A model generated the notes under the pieces. That model was not told where the DNA came from and did not search any database. It saw nothing but the letters and a program-made list of their open reading frames with translations. 64,000 nt of DNA from Puniceicoccaceae bacterium (lineage in GTDB: Bacteria > Verrucomicrobiota > Verrucomicrobiia > Opitutales > Oceanipulchritudinaceae): NCBI GenBank assembly GCA_040830765.1, contig JBFOMH010000011.1, positions 1 to 64,000 of the forward strand, read 5' to 3'. This document shows, piece after piece, positions 46,985 to 55,620 of this stretch (its first letter is position 1; each line of letters begins with the position of its first letter). The position numbers and the translations under genes are program-made.

Positions 46985-48334
46985 TCAATCCTCATTAAGG
47001 CGGTTGTAGGAGACAGTGGCGCGGATGTCCGTCTGGACGTGGCGCTCGACGATCGGCTTGCGGGAGCCGCCATCCTCTTCGCCCCAGACAACCTTAACTT
47101 CGGAACCGTCGGGAACCTCCTCATCCAGCATGGCCAGGGAGAACCAGGACCGGACATTGGCGGTGTAAACGGTGTAGGTTGAGAGACCCACCATGCGGTC
47201 GCCGACAAGCACCTTGTCGAACGGCAGGATGGAGTAATAGGCGTTCGGTACTTCCATGTACTTGTAACGCTCACCTTCGCCCAGCTGACTGGCGAAGACC
47301 TTCATCACATCCTCGTCGTTCCCCTTCAGCCAGAGTTTCCGGCGGTGGGGCTGGTCGACCATCTTTTCCAGTGCCTCGCGGCCAATGAAATCGTGATCGA
47401 ACTTGATGTGCTTGCCGTAGCCGAGATCCCACGGGGTCTGGTAGTAGTCCTCAATGTTGTCGGCATAGAAACTGCCCCCAAGGGAGGCATTGGCCTCGAA
47501 ACCGTTGGCCGGGAGCCATTCGCGGTAGGCCTTCATCTTGTCCCCGGCATAGATGGCCGGCATCGGAGAGGGGATCCAGCCGCTTTCGGGGGAGACAGTC
47601 GAATAGGCACGGCTGCCTCCCATGACCAATCCAAATTCCGGCCCCTTCTTGAGGATTGCCTCAAGCACGACATCTCGGTCCTCGACGGGGCCATGGAGCT
47701 CAAGTCCACCCATTCTGGACATGTTGTGGTTGAGGGCACGCACTTTCTTGCCGGCGATCGTGAGGTCACCGAGATTGAAGAACTTGATTTCCGGGAATTC
47801 CCCTTCGTGGACGCTCTTGATGAGGTCGAGGGCGTTCGGTCCCTGAATCTGGTACCGGTAGATGAGGCGGGAACCGTCATTGCTGACCGTGCGCTGGTCG
47901 CGCGTCACCTTGACATCGTAATTTCCGGTCTCGGCATGGAAATTGACCCAGTTGGGGACGGAGGGACGTCCAACCACGCTGACCTTGTCATCCGTGTGGC
48001 CAAAGAGAATGGCATCGCCGATGACATAGCCATCGTAATTACAGGCGACAATCTGCTTGGCCTTGTTGGCGGCAAAGTTCTTCAAGGTATTGACCCCGAC
48101 GTCGGAAAGCAGGCGGCGTACGTCCGGCCCCTCAAAGTAGATGTCGGTCATGTGAAAGGACTGGTCAAAGAGGACGACGCTGTTCTGCCACGCCTGTTGT
48201 TCCTCGCGCCAGTTGGTGTATTCGCCCGGGAAAGGGAACTGGTAGCCGCCTACCTGTGCATGGCGGAGCATCTCGACGGGGCTGGGGTATTGCTGAAGCT
48301 TGGCTTCAAGACTGGTGGGTTGTTCTGTACTCAT
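46985..48334 (-). CDS. THF-dependent O-demethylase (LigM/DesA-like, GcvT fold)
   Basis: NWREEQ.AW....LFDQS.HM, GYVIGD.IL, GSRAY...ESGWIPSP.PAIY, LGGSF, TPWDLGYG. Confidence 0.85.
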   Translation of the reverse strand: MSTEQPTSLEAKLQQYPSPVEMLRHAQVGGYQFPFPGEYTNWREEQQAWQNSVVLFDQSFHMTDIYFEGPDVRRLLSDVGVNTLKNFAANKAKQIVACNYDGYVIGDAILFGHTDDKVSVVGRPSVPNWVNFHAETGNYDVKVTRDQRTVSNDGSRLIYRYQIQGPNALDLIKSVHEGEFPEIKFFNLGDLTIAGKKVRALNHNMSRMGGLELHGPVEDRDVVLEAILKKGPEFGLVMGGSRAYSTVSPESGWIPSPMPAIYAGDKMKAYREWLPANGFEANASLGGSFYADNIEDYYQTPWDLGYGKHIKFDHDFIGREALEKMVDQPHRRKLWLKGNDEDVMKVFASQLGEGERYKYMEVPNAYYSILPFDKVLVGDRMVGLSTYTVYTANVRSWFSLAMLDEEVPDGSEVKVVWGEEDGGSRKPIVERHVQTDIRATVSYNRLNED

Positions 48335-48385
48335 AATGGATAGTGGTTGATGTTGTGAGAGATTGAATATTGTAGTTGAAATTGA

Positions 48386-49666
48386 TTACACGGCCATGGG
48401 ATTGAACTGGACGCCGCTCCGTGCCCGGGCCTCCTTGGCGCGGTCACGAATCTGGCGCAGGAATTCGTCGATAAGGGAGGGCGGCATCCCGAAGTTCATG
48501 ACATGTACGCCAGCAGCGCCAACCTCGATGACTCCCTCAGCGATGCCGAAGGCCCAATCAAGGGCAGCCCGCTGGAAGTCTTCCTGTTCCATGATGGCGT
48601 GCAGGGACGGATCCACGTAGACCCCGGGCAAGCGGCAGAGTACCTTGAAGAGCTTCTGGCTTCCAACCAGGGGCAGTGAAGGAATGGTCAGCTTGGGGGC
48701 GTCCTCCCGTCCGGACCGGACCTGCTTGTACCATTCGGCAAAGGTCGGGACGTGGGTAATGGCCTGGGTCTGGCAGAAACGGGCCCCCGCGTGACGCTTG
48801 AAGGCCAGCCGGTCGACGCTGACATTCATCGGCGTGGAAAATGGATTGGCCGCGCAGCCGAAGAAGGGGACAATCCCAAGGCGGCTCTTCCAGTCTTCCA
48901 GTTCTTGGTTGGCGAAGTGGATCATCTGTGAGCTGTCCATGGGAAACCAAGTCTGCTGGGCCACCTTGCGCTCCTTGTCCGGGAGCCAGTCGCCGGTCAG
49001 CAGGAGGAAATTCCTGTAGCCCATGTCCATCGCCTTTTCGACCTCGCGGAGGAAGTCCTCCCGGTCGTGGTCGCGTCCGCAAAACTGGATAATCGATTCC
49101 ACCCCATGGGCCATCACGACCTTGCCGGTCTCCGTAGAATGGAGCGACGGTACTCCTCCGGCATTGGTTGTGGTATTGACTGCATCGACCTGGTCATGGG
49201 TCCGGGCCATGATCTTCTCAACCCGCCAAAGACCGTCCTTGTTCAAGGGTGAGGCGATTTCCAAGGTGACAACAAACTCCCCCCGGCCCATTTTTTGGGC
49301 AAGTTGGGAACTGGCGGCAATATGGGTCGTGTCAATGAATTCGTGGGGGAGGCGGGTTTCCCGATCCTTGCCGTTGACGAAATTCACATAGCTGGCCGTA
49401 TTGAGCAGCTCCTCCTTGGGCGGGAGGTGGATTTTCTGCGGCTTCTTCTGGTCTTTCTTTATCTCAATGTTCGTCCAGACGCAGTCCAGTTCCGGCAGGA
49501 CTTCGCATTTGCCGTCGAGGGTCCCGCCACAGGGTCCGTTTCGCAGTCCCTTGGGACAATTCATCGGACAGATCAACTTGGTATGAGTAAGGATGCACTG
49601 GCCGCATGTCTGGCAGCCAAACATCTTTTCCTTCATCCATTTTTCTGCCTGGAAGATGACGCTCAT
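48386..49666 (-). CDS. metF: Methylene-THF reductase: MetV-like Cys-rich domain fused to MetF-like domain
   Basis: CQTCGQC..CPMNCPKGLRNGPCGG..CEV..CVW; then E..SP, RD, LTGD, AANP, QTQ. Confidence 0.75.
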   Translation of the reverse strand: MSVIFQAEKWMKEKMFGCQTCGQCILTHTKLICPMNCPKGLRNGPCGGTLDGKCEVLPELDCVWTNIEIKKDQKKPQKIHLPPKEELLNTASYVNFVNGKDRETRLPHEFIDTTHIAASSQLAQKMGRGEFVVTLEIASPLNKDGLWRVEKIMARTHDQVDAVNTTTNAGGVPSLHSTETGKVVMAHGVESIIQFCGRDHDREDFLREVEKAMDMGYRNFLLLTGDWLPDKERKVAQQTWFPMDSSQMIHFANQELEDWKSRLGIVPFFGCAANPFSTPMNVSVDRLAFKRHAGARFCQTQAITHVPTFAEWYKQVRSGREDAPKLTIPSLPLVGSQKLFKVLCRLPGVYVDPSLHAIMEQEDFQRAALDWAFGIAEGVIEVGAAGVHVMNFGMPPSLIDEFLRQIRDRAKEARARSGVQFNPMAV

Positions 49667-49714
49667 AGGGACCTGATTGGGCAGGGAAGTGTTTCCTGCC
49701 GGTCGGGAATGGTC

Positions 49715-49776
49715 ATTATAGCAGATTTAGCGGCTTTATCTTGGATTATCCGGATTTGTTTGATTGTATTATCCGG
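49715..49776 (-). promoter_or_regulatory. Putative AraC-dependent promoter of metVF-demethylase
   Basis: TATAAT on the minus strand at 49715-49720; direct repeat TTG(G/T)ATTATCCGG at 49741 and 49764. Confidence 0.6.
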
Positions 49777-49778
49777 CA

Positions 49779-50648
49779 ATGGATAATTTGAATCAAGCAT
49801 TCAGGCGCCGCAAGGCCCCTGCCCGGATTGAAGTTCCGGAAGGGCAGGTCCGTGTCCTCGAAAGCCATCATGATGTCGATTTCCAGATGCCTGTCAGTAC
49901 TTGGTCATTCCACAAGATATGCTGGGTGGCGGTTGGTAAGGGAGAGCTGGAGTCGGAAGAGGGCAGGTACTCCCTGCGGGCGGATGATATTCTTCTCCTG
50001 CCGGCAGATTGGCCCCACCGGTTTGTGGATGATCCAAGGGAGCCACTGACGCTGGTGATTCTTTGCATTTCCGGGAAATTCATGGAAGCCACCGATGGTG
50101 GTGGGAAGCCATCGCTGTGGGAATCGATTCGCGAATCCACAGCTCCCGGAAAGCCTTTAAGGGCCCGGACCGCTTTTCACCGCAGCAATTTAATCGAGAT
50201 GTTCCGACTGGCCCTGCAGGAGCAGGGGAGGCAGCGCAGGGGTTGGGAGACCATCCTTGAGACAATCGCCAGTCGGGTTCTGGTCAGCTTCGCCCGTGGG
50301 CACCTGGAGGAAGGAGAAGTCGATGGAAATTCGAGCCTGCGCTCTGTGGAAGGGGCCATCGAGTACATTGATACCCATGTCCACGAGCGGCTGACAATCG
50401 AGGAAATGGCCAGCCGCAGCAATTTATCTCCCCGACGCTTCACGACCCTCTTCAAACAGCTGACAGGAGAGACCTTCAGTAACTATTTGAACCAGAAGCG
50501 GATTGAGTACGCCTGCCAACGGCTCGATGAGACCGGCCACATTCTTTATGCCTGTCACGGATCCGGCTTTAACGACGTGGCCTATTTTTATCGCGTATTC
50601 AAGAAATTCACCGGGATGACGCCGGGTGAGTACCTTAAAAAAGCTTAG
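49779..50648 (+). CDS. AraC-family regulator
   Basis: Cupin N-terminus; RFTTLFK...GFNDVAYFYRVFKK..G.TP. Confidence 0.9.
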   Translation: MDNLNQAFRRRKAPARIEVPEGQVRVLESHHDVDFQMPVSTWSFHKICWVAVGKGELESEEGRYSLRADDILLLPADWPHRFVDDPREPLTLVILCISGKFMEATDGGGKPSLWESIRESTAPGKPLRARTAFHRSNLIEMFRLALQEQGRQRRGWETILETIASRVLVSFARGHLEEGEVDGNSSLRSVEGAIEYIDTHVHERLTIEEMASRSNLSPRRFTTLFKQLTGETFSNYLNQKRIEYACQRLDETGHILYACHGSGFNDVAYFYRVFKKFTGMTPGEYLKKA

Positions 50649-50678
50649 TCACAATTTGTTCGGAGTTTATGAAATGAC

Positions 50679-50708
50679 AAGGGTGGGCGCTGTGAAACGC
50701 CCACCCTT
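50679..50708. terminator. Bidirectional intrinsic terminator
   Basis: Perfect 11-bp stem AAGGGTGGGCG / CGCCCACCCTT between convergent genes. Confidence 0.75.
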
Positions 50709-50741
50709 TACTCATTCTGCTGCAAGGTGTACCAGCAGGTA

Positions 50742-53700
50742 TTACATCGGTGGAGCCACTTCGAGGACCAACGCTGTCGTTGCCTGTCTGCTGCCAAGGC
50801 TCAAGGGGCCGCTGGCCGCCATGTAATCGACACCGGGTACCGGTTGGAAGACTCCGCCACCTTCCATGTAGAGGGCGACGACGACATGATAGTCGCCGGT
50901 TAAACCCGCATCCGGGAAGGCTAGGACGAGGTTCTTGGAGTCGCTGAGGATATTGTCGATATCCCCGATGCCATCCCCGTCCCCATCAGCATTGCTGATC
51001 TCCGCCAGGACTGCGGCAGGCGGTCCCATCACCGGCAGGCTGTGAGCCAGCGTGACCAGCAACTTGCTCTTGTTGCCAGTGAATCCTTCCGGCAGGGAGA
51101 TATCCACCACGAGGCTGCCTTCAGGATGGACTTGCTCCATGATGAAGGCCTTGCCGAAGGTCATGGTGGTACCGACCCAGTCATCATCACCATCATCATC
51201 CATGTCCTGCATGGCAAAATCACCCGGCAGGCGGATGTTCCTGAAGATGAGGTTCGGTTTCCATGGGGGCGGTTCCCCATGACCGGGATTCTGGTGCCAG
51301 AAACCGCGGTGGGCCGTATGGTCGGCACTGCAGACATCCATCAGGCCATCCTGGTCCATGTCGGCCAGCCACATGTCGCTGGGTGAGGTCAAGTCATCAA
51401 TGATAATTTCCTGGGCCCATGGATCCATGAGGACGCCGCCCGGATTCCAGTAGCGGGTGACTGTAGAATTGAAGATCTGGTTGGCGATGAGGTCCTTGAA
51501 GCCGTCACCATCGAAGTCATGGAACCACATGTCGGCTGCTGCCCAGTTGTCGTCATCTATGACGACCATGGGCCAGGGGTCGCCCCAGTGGCCCGGACCC
51601 GGATTGATGGCCAACCAGATCTCCCCGCGGTAGCGCGGTGGGTTGGTGTCCGGAATATCAAACATGGCATTGTAGATGATTTCCGGGTAGCCGTCGTTAT
51701 TGAGGTCGGCGCTCTTGTAGGCAAGCGTTCCCCGGATATGGGGATCGGTCGCCGGGTCCATCGGCAAGAGGTGTTCCACCCACGGGATCAGGGGAATCCC
51801 GGTATTCTCCAGCCAGCTTCCGACCGCCGAGGTTTGAAAGGCCCCGCTCAAGGCGAGGTCCTCGTCCCCGTCATTGTCGATGTCGGCGGCGACCACGATC
51901 ATCGCATTGTAATTGGTCACGGTTGGGTCCGGATTGTGCCGGACCACCGAGCGGACCCAGAGGTCACCTTCCTGCTTGTAGGAAAGAACAATACCCGAAC
52001 CTTCTTCAAGCGGAGCCAGTTCGGGGATATTGCATCCGACAATGATCATCGGCGCACCGCTATGCTCGATAACCTTGACCCCCCATGGACTGTAGAAGAG
52101 GGGATCGCCTTCCGACCAGGAGTCGAGAATTTCCGTGGATTTCACGGTCATGTCTGGATTCATGTAGTAGACACCCAGCTTGAGGACCTCCAGCGGCAAC
52201 TCGGGCTCTTCAAAGTGCGGTTCACCAACCATGATGATGTCCTTCACGCCGTCCCCATCGAGGTCGTAGACATCAAGGTAGATCGCTCCCGGGACAAATC
52301 CATCCTCACCCAGCATGTGTTCTTCCCAGAGAAGTGGCCCAGTCAGACGGTGTGGGTGGTAGGGATTGATGTCGCTTGGATTACCCTGCGGGATGAATAG
52401 GTCAAGGGCACCGAAGTCAGCTGCCTGGTCAGGATCGAAGATCAATGTCCCTGCTGAAAAGCCCCGGGCGTCGGTTGGCTCGACAACGAAGTTTGCGGCC
52501 ACGCCGGTGACAACAACGAGACCGAGCCGCTCACCTATCAGTTCCTCACCGGAGAAGGTGAAGAGGTTGCCCTCGATGGGAATGTGGATGTCAATGGGGA
52601 ATTCGGCCGGGACGGGAACGGTTTGTGTAACCACTGCCGTCGGGGTTGGCAGGGTCAGGTAGCCTTGGGGCCAGTCTTCCTCGGCGGTCTTGTAGAGCAT
52701 CAGCTTCAGATCCGGTCCGGTCACTTCCTCAGCGTGGACCGTGACACAGATGGTCCCGCTTTCACAACTTGGCCCGATGATGGGCAGACCGAGATCCACC
52801 CGGCCGAAGTCGAGGCCCGTCTCCATCGAGTAGACGGCGGTATGGGTTGAGAAACCACGCGGATCGTCCGGATCCGCTACCATGTCCGCCGAGGAGAGGA
52901 TGGCCAGGCCAAGATGGGCCCCTTGGATGGGTTTGCCGCTCAAGGGCATAATGTTGCCATCCGGCGGAATACGCAGGCGTGCCGGGAAGGATTCGGGGAC
53001 GGGCTGCGGTACGGTGATCATCCAATCCGGCATAGGCAGCCCGGTAAAGTCATCCGGCCACATGCCAGCCGACAAGTCATAGAGCATCAGCTTGAGATCA
53101 TCCTCGACGGGAACAGTCGAATCCAGCACCACCGAGAGGGCCCCGGGTGGGTTGTAGTGGGATTCCTCATACATGTCCGGGGCGGTTTTCTCGAGCGCCT
53201 CCATGATGGCGATTTTTGCCAGGAACTCCAACCCGTCCCGGAAAAGTTCCTTTCCCGGTTCAAGATCGGCAATTCCGGTCGAAGTGTAATAGACCGTCAT
53301 TCCCGAAGCGCGAACTTGGGTGACGACACCTTCTTGCGGCAGGACAGGTCGCCCCACAGCGGGATTGGCGACATCATACATCGTATGGATGGCCGCGGTC
53401 GGGAAGGCCGATGGTACCACCACGACATGGGTGTACCCCTCGTATTCAAATTCCGCCAGCGCATCACCAATTTCCGGTGTTGAGTAATTCATCCGTCCGG
53501 TCTTGGAGGCCCAGGGCAGGGACATGGCGATTTCCTCGTGAAAAGCGTCTTCCGTCTGGATTAGCTCCGAATAGATTTCCCCTTCCTGCCATCCGAACTC
53601 AGGGTAGGGAGGGACATAGGGAGTCCCGTGGGAAGCCAGCACCACCCCAATGTTGTGGTCCTGAACCCCCTCCGGAATGAATTCAGACAGGTACCAAGTC

Positions 53701-54542
53701 ATTGAGACAATGGCATCGCGGAGGCTTTTGCGCATGTAGGGGACTTCAAAGAAGGGTTCCGCGACCATCACATCCATCCCATGGGTGAGGTGCTCCACCT
53801 CTTCCATCTGGCCGGTGATTTCATCGGTATGCGTTGATTTGGCGACCAGCATGGGGACAACCACCAGTTCATCGTAATCCCCCTGGGCGATTTCGTAGAC
53901 AACATCCGGGATTCGCGGCACCTCATCCAGTAGAGCGAGAAAGACATCCACCTTGGCGCCGTGCACCTTGATATCGAGACTGTCGACATGGGCCTGTATG
54001 CTGTCGTTGTGAGGGCTGTAGTTTCCGGTCTCCGCGTAATGCATGTAAATGAGCCCGTGAAAGGCCTCCCAAGAGAAGAAACCGGGAACATCCCCGTGGG
54101 GAACAATTCCCACTTCATGGATGATGCCGTTGCCATTGATGTCGCCAAAGATGTAAGCCAGAGCAGTGGCAATTTCCTCGTAAGCCGCTGCCCACTCCGT
54201 GTACTGGAACATGGGCGGCACGCCCAGTTCAACCCCGTGCGGGCCAAATTCGGATCCGTCCGGAAAAACAATGGGAATATCACCGTCCTCGGCGGTGGCG
54301 GGCTCCCCGTGGCCAACATACATCAGGGCCACCTTGGGAATGCGGTTATTGTCTTTGGGTTTGTTGACGGCGGCGCGTGCCTTATCAGAGGCCTGCGGAG
54401 GAAGCTGGACTTCCGGAGCGTATCTGTCGGCAAGTGTCCGGGACAGCTTTGACTTGAAAGCCTTGGCTTCCAGCGTGGACAATCCGAGCGGGGTAAGCAG
54501 CAATGCGGTGGCTATGCACCATGCGAGCGTGCGGATTTTCAT
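50742..54542 (-). CDS. Large secreted protein: class II chelatase-like domain + two tandem ~120-aa domains + FG-GAP propeller + C-terminal domain
   Basis: Signal peptide; VGHGE, VVPM...H, LASHGTP, VVPSAF....HT.YD; six D.D.DG..D repeats. Confidence 0.65.
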   Translation of the reverse strand: MKIRTLAWCIATALLLTPLGLSTLEAKAFKSKLSRTLADRYAPEVQLPPQASDKARAAVNKPKDNNRIPKVALMYVGHGEPATAEDGDIPIVFPDGSEFGPHGVELGVPPMFQYTEWAAAYEEIATALAYIFGDINGNGIIHEVGIVPHGDVPGFFSWEAFHGLIYMHYAETGNYSPHNDSIQAHVDSLDIKVHGAKVDVFLALLDEVPRIPDVVYEIAQGDYDELVVVPMLVAKSTHTDEITGQMEEVEHLTHGMDVMVAEPFFEVPYMRKSLRDAIVSMTWYLSEFIPEGVQDHNIGVVLASHGTPYVPPYPEFGWQEGEIYSELIQTEDAFHEEIAMSLPWASKTGRMNYSTPEIGDALAEFEYEGYTHVVVVPSAFPTAAIHTMYDVANPAVGRPVLPQEGVVTQVRASGMTVYYTSTGIADLEPGKELFRDGLEFLAKIAIMEALEKTAPDMYEESHYNPPGALSVVLDSTVPVEDDLKLMLYDLSAGMWPDDFTGLPMPDWMITVPQPVPESFPARLRIPPDGNIMPLSGKPIQGAHLGLAILSSADMVADPDDPRGFSTHTAVYSMETGLDFGRVDLGLPIIGPSCESGTICVTVHAEEVTGPDLKLMLYKTAEEDWPQGYLTLPTPTAVVTQTVPVPAEFPIDIHIPIEGNLFTFSGEELIGERLGLVVVTGVAANFVVEPTDARGFSAGTLIFDPDQAADFGALDLFIPQGNPSDINPYHPHRLTGPLLWEEHMLGEDGFVPGAIYLDVYDLDGDGVKDIIMVGEPHFEEPELPLEVLKLGVYYMNPDMTVKSTEILDSWSEGDPLFYSPWGVKVIEHSGAPMIIVGCNIPELAPLEEGSGIVLSYKQEGDLWVRSVVRHNPDPTVTNYNAMIVVAADIDNDGDEDLALSGAFQTSAVGSWLENTGIPLIPWVEHLLPMDPATDPHIRGTLAYKSADLNNDGYPEIIYNAMFDIPDTNPPRYRGEIWLAINPGPGHWGDPWPMVVIDDDNWAAADMWFHDFDGDGFKDLIANQIFNSTVTRYWNPGGVLMDPWAQEIIIDDLTSPSDMWLADMDQDGLMDVCSADHTAHRGFWHQNPGHGEPPPWKPNLIFRNIRLPGDFAMQDMDDDGDDDWVGTTMTFGKAFIMEQVHPEGSLVVDISLPEGFTGNKSKLLVTLAHSLPVMGPPAAVLAEISNADGDGDGIGDIDNILSDSKNLVLAFPDAGLTGDYHVVVALYMEGGGVFQPVPGVDYMAASGPLSLGSRQATTALVLEVAPPM

Positions 54543-54700
54543 ATTAAATCCTCCATAGAGCTTGTTGTTGTTCAAGGGACCCGGGGGGGTCCCTTCGGCG
54601 AGATGTTTTGGGGTGTAGTCGCTTGAAAGAAACGACTGAGTCTTGATATAGGGTATTTACCTTAAGGTCAAGGTTGAATCTATTCCTTGGATCCAATGAA

Positions 54701-54740
54701 AAGGGCCTGCCTCCGCCAGTTATGGCGAAAGCAGGCCCTT
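54701..54740 (-). terminator. Intrinsic terminator of aqpZ
   Basis: Stem AAGGGCCTGC / GCAGGCCCTT with inner CGCCA/TGGCG and a short U tract on the minus strand. Confidence 0.7.
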
Positions 54741-54772
54741 GAAATGTAGTGAAGCGTTCCTTGAGGCTTATC

Positions 54773-55465
54773 TTATGCCGCTTCCTTGCCTCCGATAAAC
54801 TTGTAGACGACGGCGCCGAGGATGCCGCCGATGATCGGTGCCACCCAGAAGAGCCAGAGCTGGCCGAGGGCCCAGTCACCGGCAAAGACGGCAACGGCTG
54901 TACTGCGGGCAGGATTAACGGATGTATTGGTCACGGGAATACTGATGAGGTGGATCAGGGTCAGTCCGAGACCAATGGCGATGGGTGCCATGCCAGCAGG
55001 TGCCCGCTTGTCCGTTGCCCCAAGAATAATGATGAGGAACATCATCGTCATGACGATTTCACAGACCAGCGCGGCCACCATACCATATCCGCCGGGCGAG
55101 TGTTCGCCGTATCCGTTGGAGGCAAATCCGCCGGCGAGATCAAAGCCTGCCTTGCCGCTTGCAATGATGTACAGGACGGCCCCGGCCAGGACGCCGCCAA
55201 CAACTTGGGCGACGATATAGGGCAGGAGCTCCTTGCCCTCAAAGCGGCCGGCGCTCCAAAGACCGATGGAGACGGCGGGATTAAGATGGCAACCGGAAAT
55301 GTGGCCGATGGCATAGGCCATGGTCAGGACCGTCAGCCCGAAGGCCAGGGAGACACCAAGAAGCCCAATTCCAACTCCGGGGAAGGCCGCGGCAAGGACG
55401 GCACTACCGCATCCGCCCAATACCAGCCAGAAAGTTCCCACAAGCTCAGCTCCATATTTTTTCAT
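54773..55465 (-). CDS. aqpZ: Aquaporin Z
   Basis: [31 protein letters not shown]. Confidence 0.95.
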   Translation of the reverse strand: MKKYGAELVGTFWLVLGGCGSAVLAAAFPGVGIGLLGVSLAFGLTVLTMAYAIGHISGCHLNPAVSIGLWSAGRFEGKELLPYIVAQVVGGVLAGAVLYIIASGKAGFDLAGGFASNGYGEHSPGGYGMVAALVCEIVMTMMFLIIILGATDKRAPAGMAPIAIGLGLTLIHLISIPVTNTSVNPARSTAVAVFAGDWALGQLWLFWVAPIIGGILGAVVYKFIGGKEAA

Positions 55466-55620
55466 ATTATCATTCATCACATACCTTGATTAGGGGTTGT
55501 TCCATACAGGGGAGAGTAGCGCTAATGTACTGGGATACAACTGCTTGGCAATGCCAATTGTTGTGCGGCAGCCTGGTCCTGAAGTCCCAGCTGCGGATCA
55601 TAGCAAGTATTGAAATCTTG

